Origin: an uncultured Acidimicrobiales bacterium
GTDB taxonomy: Bacteria; Actinomycetota; Acidimicrobiia; Acidimicrobiales; VFJN01
Assembly (NCBI GenBank): GCA_963759225.1
Contig: CAVWYL010000001.1
Span: 2,996-66,995 of the forward strand
Direction: 5' to 3'
DNA: 64,000 nt
Shown piece by piece: positions 50,723 to 59,295 of the stretch. Below the pieces are notes generated by a model. It saw only the letters and a program-made list of their open reading frames with translations, was not told the origin of the DNA and made no database searches. Made by a program: the position numbers and the translations under genes. Each line of letters opens with the position of its first letter. The stretch's first letter is position 1.

Positions 50723-51253
50723 GTGCGGGCCATGACACCGATCAGAGCGTTCGGAGCCACGCTGGCCGGGATCCTGGTGGCAGTGGTGACCGTGGTGGCG
50801 GCGGCGCCCCCGGCGTCGGCGGCGGCGCCCCCCTGCACGGGTTGGGGGCTTCGCCACGACGTCATGGAGAGCGGTGCACTCGACCCCTATCTGCGGATCT
50901 ACTTCCCCGCCCACACCCCGGACGAGGCGACCTATGGCGGGGAGGGGTACTGGTCGTGCTCGCTCGTCCAGGGGTCGCAGGGTGAGGGGGTCGAGGCCCT
51001 CCAGACGATCATCAATCAGTGCTACGTCCCCTCGGTGGTCGAGTACCACCTGGAGGTGGACGGCGACTTCGGTTCACTGACCAAGGCGGCCCTCGTCGAG
51101 GTCCAGCGGCGGCACGGGATCGTCGCCAACGGCCAGTACGGGCCGCAGACGGCCCGCACGATTTACCACGCCTCTTACAACCCGTTCGGCCCGGTCGTCC
51201 ACGGCTGCGCCCGCCTCACGCACTTCGGCTGGCCCGGCAACTCCCCGAAGTGA
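50723..51253 (+). CDS. Secreted protein with a peptidoglycan-binding (PG_binding_1-like) domain
   Basis: ORF 50723..51253 has a signal peptide ending AAPPASAAAP and the PG-binding repeat GEGVEALQTIINQ...VDGDFGSLTKAALVEVQRRHGIVANGQYGPQT. Confidence 0.65.
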   Translation: MRAMTPIRAFGATLAGILVAVVTVVAAAPPASAAAPPCTGWGLRHDVMESGALDPYLRIYFPAHTPDEATYGGEGYWSCSLVQGSQGEGVEALQTIINQCYVPSVVEYHLEVDGDFGSLTKAALVEVQRRHGIVANGQYGPQTARTIYHASYNPFGPVVHGCARLTHFGWPGNSPK

Positions 51254-51256
51254 GCC

Positions 51257-52588
51257 TCAGGCGTCGGCGCGGGGCGCCGGGACCCGCTCCAGCTTGAGGC
51301 CGAGGGCCTCCAGCGTCTCGAACGGGCGGTGGTAGCCCCGCTCCAGGTGGTGGATGCCGTGCAGCGTCGACGGCCCGTCGGCCACGGCCGCGGCGATCAC
51401 CGACGAGAACCCGGCCCGCACGTCCGGGATGGTGACCTCGGCGCCCTGCAGCTTGGACACGCCGCGGATCACGGCCGAATGCAGGGCGTTGGTGTCATGG
51501 AAGCGGCACGCGGGACCGCCGAGGCAGGTGTCGAACAGCTCGACCTCGGCACCCATCACCGTCAGCGCCTCGACGTAGCCGAGCCGGTCCTCGTACACGG
51601 TCTCGTGGATGACCGACATGCCCTCGGCCTGGGTCATCAACACGATGAGGGGCGGCTGCCAGTCGGTCATGAACCCCGGGTGGGTGTCGGTCTGCACGGC
51701 GGCCGGCCGCAGCCCGCTCTCGGCCGAGGCCGAGATGTAGTGGTCGGTGATGGAGAAGGTGGCACCCATCTTCTGCAGCGTGTCGATGGCGGTGACGAGG
51801 CGGTCCTGGGCGCAGCCCCCGACCCGCACCTGGCCCCCGGTCATCAGCCCGGCCACCAGGTAGGAGAACGCCTCCAGCCGGTCGCCCTGCAGGCGGGTGC
51901 GGGCGCCCCGCAGCCGGTCGACGCCCTCGATGACGATGCGGCGGTCGGGCTTGAACCCGATGCGGGCGCCCATGCGCTGCAGGAACAGGGCGAGCTCGGT
52001 GACCTCGGGCTCGAGGGCGGCGTTGCGCAGCACGGTGCGGCCCTCGGCCAGGACGGCGGTGAGCAGCACGCTCTCGGTGGCGCCGACGCTGGGGTAGGGG
52101 AGGGTGATCGGCGCGCCCCGCAGCCGGGTGGCCCGGGCGCTGATGCCCTGGTCGGTCACCTCGATCTCGGCGCCCATCGCCTCCAGCGCCGTGATGTGGA
52201 AGTCGACCGGCCGCTGGCCGATGCGGTCGCCGCCGACCAGGGGGACGAACGCCTCGTGGTTGCGGGCCAGGAGCGGGCCCAGCAGGAGGATCGGGATGCG
52301 GTTGAGGCCGGTGAACGACAGCGGCACCTTGGCGTCGGGGACGTCGACCGGTTGGATCGTGATGCGGTCGCCGTCGATCTCGACGCCGACCCCGAGGGAC
52401 GTGAGGATGTCGGCCGTGATGCCCACGTCGCCCACCGCCGGGGCGTTGGTGATCGTGCTCGGCTCGGTGCCGAGCAGGGCGGCGACCATGTGCTTGGTCA
52501 CCGCGTTCTTCGACCCGCTGACGTTGACCTGACCGACGAGGGGGCCGTTCGGGCGGATGTGCCAGGCTTCGGCCGCGGGCTCGTCCAT
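51257..52588 (-). CDS. murA: UDP-N-acetylglucosamine 1-carboxyvinyltransferase (Asp at the catalytic-Cys position)
   Basis: ORF 51257..52588 is intact: VSGSKNAVTKHMVAALL and the loop LVGGDRIGQRPVDFHI (E. coli GGCAIGARPVDLHI). The Asp121 codon is at 52226-52228. Confidence 0.92.
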   Translation of the reverse strand: MDEPAAEAWHIRPNGPLVGQVNVSGSKNAVTKHMVAALLGTEPSTITNAPAVGDVGITADILTSLGVGVEIDGDRITIQPVDVPDAKVPLSFTGLNRIPILLLGPLLARNHEAFVPLVGGDRIGQRPVDFHITALEAMGAEIEVTDQGISARATRLRGAPITLPYPSVGATESVLLTAVLAEGRTVLRNAALEPEVTELALFLQRMGARIGFKPDRRIVIEGVDRLRGARTRLQGDRLEAFSYLVAGLMTGGQVRVGGCAQDRLVTAIDTLQKMGATFSITDHYISASAESGLRPAAVQTDTHPGFMTDWQPPLIVLMTQAEGMSVIHETVYEDRLGYVEALTVMGAEVELFDTCLGGPACRFHDTNALHSAVIRGVSKLQGAEVTIPDVRAGFSSVIAAAVADGPSTLHGIHHLERGYHRPFETLEALGLKLERVPAPRADA

Positions 52589-52707
52589 GCGGCGAGGCTA
52601 GCGGTGCGGCGCGGGACGTCCGTTCATCCGTGCGCGGCGCATCCGGGCCTCGACGCGAACACGGGACGACCGAGCGTGGTGCTCGACCGCCCCGTGCGCT
52701 TGCCGGG

Positions 52708-52836
52708 TTACCGCCGTCCGCGGCGCGTGCGCTGCAGGGGCGGGGGTTGGGGTCGCTGGCGTGGCTTGGTTCGGTAGCGGACGTCCCGGTGCCGGTCGGC
52801 GATCAGGACGGACGCGACGATCTCGTGGTGAAACAT
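52708..52836 (-). CDS. Candidate small ORF (42 aa), hypothetical
   Basis: ATG 52836 is preceded by AACAGGAACTGCC (AGGAA 7 nt upstream). The product is MFHHEIVASVLIADRHRDVRYRTKPRQRPQPPPLQRTRRGRR with a TAA stop. It lies inside ORF 52708..52914. Confidence 0.3.
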   Translation of the reverse strand: MFHHEIVASVLIADRHRDVRYRTKPRQRPQPPPLQRTRRGRR

Positions 52837-52966
52837 GGCAGTTCCTGTTCCGTGATGGGGCGCCGGGGGGCACCGGAAACGGGGGCGAGAGCTACCTGTT
52901 CCGCGACGGCACACGGCCGGTGGCCGTCCGTGCGTCGGTTGTCAGGCGGTGATCAGCGGAAGGCGA

Positions 52967-53035
52967 TCAGGCCTGGCCGCACGGGGGGAGAGGCGCGCGA
53001 CGGGTCGCGGAGCGGGGCTCTCGGAACATGATCAT
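52967..53035 (-). CDS. Candidate small ORF (22 aa) with a near-perfect Shine-Dalgarno
   Basis: GAAGGAGGTG (complement of 53042-53051) lies 6 nt upstream of ATG 53035. The product is MIMFREPRSATRRAPLPPCGQA*. Stops occur in all three frames within 30 nt downstream. Confidence 0.35.
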   Translation of the reverse strand: MIMFREPRSATRRAPLPPCGQA

Positions 53036-53115
53036 CGTCGGGGCACCTCCTTCGTCATGCAGTCGTGACGCACAGCAGCCTGCCGGACGGCACCGGCCGG
53101 GCGCCAGCGAATTAG

Positions 53116-53919
53116 TCAGGCCGCGTCCGCCGCCTCGATGAGGCAGGCCATGGCGGCGTGGTCGACGAGCGCCAGTGCCGCCAGGATGCCGTCCTCGTGC
53201 GCGTGGCCCGCCCGCCGCGGGGCGCACACGAACCGGCCGACCGGCAGCCCGCGGGCCTCGACCACGATGTCGAACCCGTGCTCGGGCAGCCCGACGTGCA
53301 CGGGGCTCCACCCCACGGGCCCGATGGTCAGCCAGCCCGGGTGCTGCAGCACCGGCCGGGTGCTCGGCAGGTACGGGGCCGCCTCGTACCGGCAGTCCCG
53401 CAGGTCCAGCAGCTCGACCAGCGTGCGGGCGACGTCGATCCGGATGAACGAGGCGCTGTCCCCGCATGCGACCTCCTCCGACAGCCGGCCCACCGAGCGG
53501 AGGCACTCGAGGCCGCGGGGCCGCCGGAGCGCCTGCCGCACACGCCAGGCGGCGGAGTCGAGCAGGTCGAGGCGGCCCGGGCGCCACCGCTGGCCGAGCC
53601 GGGCCAGGACCAGCCCGACCGCGAGCACCAGCACGATCGTCAGCCGGTCGCTGCTGCGGTCGACCGCCAGCGACCCGGTGGGCGGGGCCCACAGCACGGC
53701 GAACGCGGCGGCGCCGCTGGTCGCCGCCACGAGCGGGGTCCACCATGACCGCCCGGCCGCCGACACGGCGATCGCGGCGACGAGGACGAGAGCGACGTTG
53801 CCGGCGGCGACCCCGTCGCCCAGCGGAAGCAGTGCCGCGGCGACCGCCGCGGGCACGAGCGCGGCGCGCCCGACGAGGACCCAGGCTCCCGGGCCCGTGC
53901 GTTCTCCAACGGTCGTCAC
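53116..53919 (-). CDS. Membrane protein with a DUF4118-like N-terminal helices region and a soluble C-terminal domain, hypothetical
   Basis: GTG 53919 is preceded by AGAGGGGG (within ORF 53116..54462). The product is 267 aa with four hydrophobic segments, then RLSEEVACGDSASFIRIDVARTLVELLDLRD... The family call is tentative. Confidence 0.5.
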   Translation of the reverse strand: MTTVGERTGPGAWVLVGRAALVPAAVAAALLPLGDGVAAGNVALVLVAAIAVSAAGRSWWTPLVAATSGAAAFAVLWAPPTGSLAVDRSSDRLTIVLVLAVGLVLARLGQRWRPGRLDLLDSAAWRVRQALRRPRGLECLRSVGRLSEEVACGDSASFIRIDVARTLVELLDLRDCRYEAAPYLPSTRPVLQHPGWLTIGPVGWSPVHVGLPEHGFDIVVEARGLPVGRFVCAPRRAGHAHEDGILAALALVDHAAMACLIEAADAA

Positions 53920-54020
53920 GACCGCCCCCTCTGATCGTTCTCTGCGGCCGCCGCGCTCGGTGCGCCCGGCCGTACACAGTGTGGTCGTAGCAGTACGAGT
54001 CGCGAAAGCCCTTCCCGGAT

Positions 54021-54896
54021 TCAGATTTCGGCAAGCAGCGGGACGACCGGCGCGCACACCTGCTCGATCCAGGTATCGGCCCGGCCCGTGGGCGGCATCA
54101 CCATGATCTCGTCCACGCCGAGCTTGGCGTAGGCGGCCGCGTCGCTGAGCAGGCCCTCGGTGTCCGCGGGGGCCGTCATCGGCATCAGGTACAGCAGCGT
54201 GCGGCGGATGGTGGCCGGGTCGCGGCCGGCGTCCTCGCAGTGCCGGGCCAGGACGTCGAACTTGTGGGCCACGTCGTCGGGCGAGGTGGCGAACAGGTTG
54301 CAGGCGTCGGCGTAGCGCGCCACGAGGCGCAGCGTCTTCTTCTCGCCCCCGCCGCCGATCAGGATCGGCGGGTGCGGCTGCGTCAGCGGCCGCGGCGAGC
54401 ACAGGGTCTCGGCCAGGCTGAAGTGGCGGCCCTCGAAGGGCCCGTTGTCGTCGGGGTCCCACATCTGCAGGCAGATCTGCAGCGTCTCCTCCAGGCGCTC
54501 GAACCGCTCGGCCACCGGCAGGAACGGCACGCCCAGGCCCTTGTGCTCGCGCTCGTACCAGGCGGCCCCGATGCCGAGCTCGGCGCGCCCGCCGGACAGG
54601 ACGTCGAGCGTGGTCACGATCTTGGCCAGCAGGCCGGGCAGCCGGTAGCTGACCCCGGTCACGAGGAGGCTGAGCCGGACCGAGCTGGTCTGGCCGGCCA
54701 GGAACCCGAGCGTGGTGTACCCCTCCAGCATCGGGTCGGTGGCGGGCATGACGCCCTCCATCTGGAAGTAGTGGTCCATGACCGTGAGGGTCGACGCCCC
54801 CGCGGCCTCCGCCGCCCGCCCGACCCGGGCCAGCGTGGGCCCGATCTCGGCGGTCTCCTGGTCGGTGAACGTGACGACGTGGATACCGAGGTCCAT
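54021..54896 (-). CDS. LLM-class (luciferase-like) F420-dependent oxidoreductase
   Basis: ORF 54021..54896 is intact: TVMDHYFQM, GYTTLGFLAGQTSSVRL, ELGIGAAWYEREH, and the PPILIGGGGEKKTLRLVARYAD motif typical of this family. Confidence 0.8.
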   Translation of the reverse strand: MDLGIHVVTFTDQETAEIGPTLARVGRAAEAAGASTLTVMDHYFQMEGVMPATDPMLEGYTTLGFLAGQTSSVRLSLLVTGVSYRLPGLLAKIVTTLDVLSGGRAELGIGAAWYEREHKGLGVPFLPVAERFERLEETLQICLQMWDPDDNGPFEGRHFSLAETLCSPRPLTQPHPPILIGGGGEKKTLRLVARYADACNLFATSPDDVAHKFDVLARHCEDAGRDPATIRRTLLYLMPMTAPADTEGLLSDAAAYAKLGVDEIMVMPPTGRADTWIEQVCAPVVPLLAEI

Positions 54897-54916
54897 GCCC
54901 GCAGGCTACGGGTGCG

Positions 54917-56167
54917 TCACCGCGGAGGGGCGAGGTCCGCCAGCCGCCGCTCCAGCTCGGCCCGCTCGACGGCGTTGGCGGTGAGCTCGACGGCCCGGCG
55001 GTAGGCGTCGGCGGCGCCGTCGCGGTCGCCGGCCCGCCGCAACAGGTCGGCGTGGGCGGCGTGCAGGGGCGCGTAGGCGGCCAGCGCCGGGTCCGACACC
55101 AGCGGCCGGAGCCGGGCCAGCCCGGCCGCCGGACCGTCCGCGAACCCGACCGCGACCGCCCGGTTGAGCTCCACCACCGGAGACGGGGCGACGCGGGCCA
55201 GCGCCTCGTAGAACGTGGCGATCCGCGGCCAGTCGGTGTCCTCCGGCGCCGGCGCCTCGGCGTGGACGGCGGCGATGGCCGCCTGCAGCTGGTACGGCCC
55301 CGGCCGGTGCATCACCAGCGCGGTGTCGAGCACCCCCAGGCCCTCCCGTACACGACCCTGGTCCCAGCGGGACCGGTCCTGGCGGTCGAGCGGGACGAAA
55401 CCGCCCCCCGCGTCGACCCGGGCCGCCCGCCGGGCGTCGTGCAGGAGCATCAGCGCCAGCAGACCGAGGACCTCGGGGTCGGTCGGCATCAGGCGGGCCA
55501 GCAGCCGGCCGAGCCGGATCGCCTCGCTGCAGAGCTCGCCCCGCACCAGCCGGTCGCCGGCGGCGGCACCGTAGCCCTCGTTGAAGATGAGGTAGACGAC
55601 CGCCAGCACGCCGGCCAGCCGGTCGGGGAGGGCGTCGTCGTCGGGCACCCGGTAGGGGATGTGGGCGTCGGCGATCTTGCGCTTGGCCCGCACCAGCCGC
55701 TGGGCCATCGTGGCCTCGGTCACCAGGTAGGCGCGGGCGATCTCGCCGGTGCTGAGGCCGCCCAGGGTCCGGAGCGTGAGCGCCACCCGGGCCGGCAGGG
55801 CCAGCGCCGGGTGGCAGCACGTGAACATCAGGCGGAGCTGGTCGTCGGCCACGGCGCTGTCGTCGGGGTCGGCCCGGTGCTCCTGGGCGTCGAGCCGGGC
55901 CAGGTCGGCCAGGCGGGCGACCCGGTCGGCCGTGGACCGCTCCCGCCGCAGGCGGTCGATCGCGCGGCGGCGGGCGGTCACGAGGATCCACGCCCGGGGG
56001 CTGTCCGGGACGCCGTCGCGGGGCCAGGTGGCGACGGCCGCCGCGAAGGCGTCCTGGACGGCGTCCTCGGCCAGCTGGAAGTCGCCGACCTGGCGGATCA
56101 GCGTGGCCAGCACCCCCGAGCGCTCCTCGCGGAAGGCGCGCTCGGCGGCGGAACCCGGATCGGTCAC
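54917..56167 (-). CDS. ECF sigma factor with a long C-terminal extension (ECF42-like)
   Basis: GTG 56167 overlaps the YCII stop (GTGA), within ORF 54917..56425. Region 2 is [43 protein letters not shown] and region 4 is [28 protein letters not shown] helical repeat tail of about 200 aa follows. Confidence 0.8.
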   Translation of the reverse strand: MTDPGSAAERAFREERSGVLATLIRQVGDFQLAEDAVQDAFAAAVATWPRDGVPDSPRAWILVTARRRAIDRLRRERSTADRVARLADLARLDAQEHRADPDDSAVADDQLRLMFTCCHPALALPARVALTLRTLGGLSTGEIARAYLVTEATMAQRLVRAKRKIADAHIPYRVPDDDALPDRLAGVLAVVYLIFNEGYGAAAGDRLVRGELCSEAIRLGRLLARLMPTDPEVLGLLALMLLHDARRAARVDAGGGFVPLDRQDRSRWDQGRVREGLGVLDTALVMHRPGPYQLQAAIAAVHAEAPAPEDTDWPRIATFYEALARVAPSPVVELNRAVAVGFADGPAAGLARLRPLVSDPALAAYAPLHAAHADLLRRAGDRDGAADAYRRAVELTANAVERAELERRLADLAPPR

Positions 56168-56505
56168 CCCCAGGTCGGCCGGACCTCGACCGCCCCCCAG
56201 GTCGCGCTCGGCATCCTGGCCGCGTGCTCGAGTGCGGTGTCGAGGTCGGGGGCCTCGATGAGGAAGTAGCCGGCCAGGTACTCCTTGGTCTCGGCGAAGG
56301 GCCCGTCGGTGATCTGCGTCTCGCCGTCGCGGACGCGCAACGTGGTGGCCGCGTCGGTGCCCTTGAGCCCCGAGTTCTGCAGCAGGATCCCGGCGTCGAC
56401 CAGGTCCCGGGCGAACGACTCCCACCGCTGGTGCTGGTCGGCCGCCTCGTCCGGCGGGGGCCCGCCGTCGACAGGGAGGTAGTTGAGGAGCAGGTACTGC
56501 GGCAT
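56164..56505 (-). CDS. YCII-related (DGPF) domain protein
   Basis: ATG 56505 is preceded by CCAGGAGG (within ORF 56164..56559). The product is [11 protein letters not shown]...[34 protein letters not shown]. Confidence 0.8.
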   Translation of the reverse strand: MPQYLLLNYLPVDGGPPPDEAADQHQRWESFARDLVDAGILLQNSGLKGTDAATTLRVRDGETQITDGPFAETKEYLAGYFLIEAPDLDTALEHAARMPSATWGAVEVRPTWG

Positions 56506-56630
56506 CGTGCCTCCTGGGGACGATGTTCGCGCCGCCCGGGTGGCGGCGTCACCAATCAAGACGCCGCCCGGTGCCCGGATTCGACACGGCCGGCGAGATT
56601 TCCCCCGGCGGGCGGCGCTCCTGCTCGTCG

Positions 56631-56834
56631 CTACGCCAGCGCGGGCATCAGGACGACGAGGCCCAGCGCGGCGATGGCGAACCCGACGACCCGGCAGGCC
56701 CGCAGGACGTCAGCGGACAGATGGCGCGGCGCCGGCCAGATCCGGACCTTGTCGACGGCCCGGGCCGCGGTCACGGGGGCGAGGCCCAGCAGCCCCCCGG
56801 CGACCACCAGGAACCCGCCGAGCACGATCCGCAC
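56631..56834 (-). CDS. Small two-helix membrane protein, hypothetical
   Basis: ORF 56631..56834 (67 aa) has IVLGGFLVVAGGLLGLAPV and VVGFAIAALGLVVLMPALA. It lies directly downstream of the MFS gene. Confidence 0.4.
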   Translation of the reverse strand: MRIVLGGFLVVAGGLLGLAPVTAARAVDKVRIWPAPRHLSADVLRACRVVGFAIAALGLVVLMPALA

Positions 56835-56844
56835 GGTTCCCAGG

Positions 56845-58479
56845 CTAGGTGCCGGCCGTCGCGGCCTGGCCGCCGCCGGGCGGCTCGGTCGGCAGGCGGC
56901 GGGCGGCGAACGCGGCGAGCAACGTGGCCACGGCCAGGGTCCCGAGCGCAGCCCGCAGGGCGTCGAGGCGGGCCGCCTCGTTCTCGTCGACGATGGCGTC
57001 CGCCGTGTCCTCGGGGACCCCGGCGTCGTCGAGCGCGGCCATCAGGTCCTTGTCGGAGATGAAGGGAACGCCGCTCGCCAGCTCGACGTCCGCGGTCTCG
57101 GCGACCTCGTCGGGCACGTCGTCGTTGGCGGACAGCCCGGCGAGCACCGACGACGTGAGCGCCGAGATCAGCACCGCGCCGGCGAGGGCGGTGCCGATGG
57201 ACGCGCCGAGGTTCGTGAGCGTGTTCTGCAGGCCGCCGACCTCGCCGCTCAGCTCGTCGGAGACCGACGACACCGTCACCGCGCCCAGCTGCGACGCCAG
57301 CGCGCCGACGCCCAGGCCGGCCAGCAGCATCGGCACCGTCGTGATCTCGGCGCCCGCGCCCTCCTGGAGGCCGGCGATCAGCACCACGATGCCCGCCAGG
57401 AGCGCGAGGAACCCGGCCTGCGCCACCCGCCGGGGCGACGCCGACGGCAGGAACTTCGGTATGCCCACCGCCGCGACCAGCAGCGTGACCGACAGCGGCA
57501 GCAGCCGGACGCCGGTGGCGATGGCCGACAGCCCCAGCGCCACCGACAGGAACAGCGGCACCGCGAAGAACAGGCCCGCCTGGACCAGGTACTGGAAGAA
57601 GAACGACGTCAGGCCGGACCGCAGGGTCGGGTTCCACACCCGGTCGAGGTCGACGAGCGGTGTGCGCCCTCGGGCCGCGACGTGGGCCTCCCAGTGCACG
57701 AACACCAGCAGCACGACGCCGCCGGCGAGGAACATCCAGATGGCGGGGGACAGCCGCAGGATGTCCGGCACCCCGGGCTTCGGGATCACGAACCCCCAGG
57801 TCCCGGCCCGCAGGATGGAGAAGACGACCAGGCCCAGCCCGAGGGCGGAGAGCGCGGTGCCGACGAGGTCGAGGTGCTCGCCGTGGCGGGCGGGCTCGTC
57901 GGCCATCCGCCGGGTCATGACGAGGATGACCGCCACGACCAGCACCTCTCCCGCGAACACCCAGCGCCACGAGGCGTAGGTGGTGAACAGGCCGCCGATC
58001 AGTGGCCCGGCCGCGACCGCGATGGCGCCGGCCGAGGCCACGAGCCCGTAGGCCCGGGGCCGGTCGGGGCGGGCGAAGTTGGACGCCACCAGCCCGACGA
58101 TGGCGGGCATGATCAGCGCCGCCCCGATGCCCTCGAGCAGGGACCAGCCCAGTATCAGCACGCCGAGGTTGGGCGCCAGCGCGGTCGTCAACGAGCCGGA
58201 GCCGTAGATGACGCAGCCGATGGAGAAGGTGCGCTTGCGGCCCAGGATCTGGCCGACCTTCCCGCCGGTGATCATCAGGACGGCCATGACCAGCGTGTAC
58301 AGCGTGATGGCGGTCTGGATGCCGGTGACGTCGGTGCCCAGGTCGTCGGCGACGGTGGCGATCGACACGTTCATGACCGAGCTGTCGAGCGTCATCAGGA
58401 ACTGCCCGGCGGCGAGCGTCAGCAGCGTCGCCCCGCCGGCGGACGCGGCCGTGGTGACCTCGTCGACATCCGACCGCAC
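56845..58479 (-). CDS. MFS transporter (DHA2/EmrB-like, about 14 TM)
   Basis: GTG 58479 within ORF 56845..59274. Motifs: LAAGQFLMTLDSSVMNVSIATVADDLG and GGKVGQILGRKRTF (motif A-like), with many TM segments. The product is 544 aa. Confidence 0.85.
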   Translation of the reverse strand: MRSDVDEVTTAASAGGATLLTLAAGQFLMTLDSSVMNVSIATVADDLGTDVTGIQTAITLYTLVMAVLMITGGKVGQILGRKRTFSIGCVIYGSGSLTTALAPNLGVLILGWSLLEGIGAALIMPAIVGLVASNFARPDRPRAYGLVASAGAIAVAAGPLIGGLFTTYASWRWVFAGEVLVVAVILVMTRRMADEPARHGEHLDLVGTALSALGLGLVVFSILRAGTWGFVIPKPGVPDILRLSPAIWMFLAGGVVLLVFVHWEAHVAARGRTPLVDLDRVWNPTLRSGLTSFFFQYLVQAGLFFAVPLFLSVALGLSAIATGVRLLPLSVTLLVAAVGIPKFLPSASPRRVAQAGFLALLAGIVVLIAGLQEGAGAEITTVPMLLAGLGVGALASQLGAVTVSSVSDELSGEVGGLQNTLTNLGASIGTALAGAVLISALTSSVLAGLSANDDVPDEVAETADVELASGVPFISDKDLMAALDDAGVPEDTADAIVDENEAARLDALRAALGTLAVATLLAAFAARRLPTEPPGGGQAATAGT

Positions 58480-58520
58480 GGGCGGCAGCGTAGGCCAGGT
58501 CGCCGGGCGGGGACGGCACC

Positions 58521-59132
58521 CTAGAGGTCGAGCGCGACGCCTTCGGTCCTGAGGAATGCGACGGCCGCGTCGTGGCCCGTGAACACGTGGGCCCGCACGC
58601 CGGCCGCCCGCGCCCCCGCCACGTACTCGTCCGAGTCGTCGACGAACAGGGTGTCGCCCGGCCCGACGCCGTGGAGGGCGGCGACCGCCCGGTAGACGGC
58701 CGGGTCGGGCTTGGCCAGGCGCAGGTCGCCGCCGGCGTGCAGGGGCAGGCCGAGGGCCGCCACCTCCGGGGCGATGCGGGCGAACTCCTCCCGCAGCAGG
58801 CTGCCGTTGTTGGTCAGCAGGACGGTCGGCACCTGCCGGGCGACGGCGGCCAGCAGCGTCACCATCTGCGGGTCGGGCGTGACGGCGGCGGCCCGGGCCT
58901 CGACCCACACGTCCCGGGGCACCGGGGTGCCCAGGCGCCGGCCGAGGGCCTGCAGGTACTCGTCGGCGCCGATCCGGCCGGTGTCGGCGGCATCCTCGAT
59001 CCCGCTGCGGAACACGGCGTCGGTCACCTCGTCCCCGGTGCGGCCCAGCCGCTCGGCCATGACGGCGACCCGCCGGGAACGGTCGTAGCGGACGACCGTG
59101 TTGTCGACGTCGAAGATCACGAGGCCCGGCAT
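58521..59132 (-). CDS. HAD-superfamily hydrolase
   Basis: ORF 58521..59132 is intact. Motif I is VIFDVDNTV, motif II is LLTNN, and motifs III/IV are KPDP...LFVDDSDEYV. Confidence 0.75.
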   Translation of the reverse strand: MPGLVIFDVDNTVVRYDRSRRVAVMAERLGRTGDEVTDAVFRSGIEDAADTGRIGADEYLQALGRRLGTPVPRDVWVEARAAAVTPDPQMVTLLAAVARQVPTVLLTNNGSLLREEFARIAPEVAALGLPLHAGGDLRLAKPDPAVYRAVAALHGVGPGDTLFVDDSDEYVAGARAAGVRAHVFTGHDAAVAFLRTEGVALDL

Positions 59133-59242
59133 CAGGTCTCGGGCGGCTTGCGGGCCAGGACGAACCCCACGGCGATCGCGTCGTACCCGTCCCGGGTGGC
59201 GCGCAGGTAGGTGGGCTCGCCGCCGTGGGTCGGTGCGACCAT
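59132..59242 (-). pseudogene. 36-codon remnant resembling the N-terminus of a SAM-dependent methyltransferase
   Basis: ATG 59242 gives MVAPTHGGEPTYLRATRDGYDAIAVGFVLARKPPET*. The ...YLR.TRD.YDAIA... pattern is typical of MTase N-termini, but the reading frame ends after 36 codons, overlapping the HAD start. Confidence 0.3.
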
Positions 59243-59295
59243 GGCGCCCGACGATGGCAGACGCGCCCGGCCACCGGCCAGGCGCCGTCCGCCCG

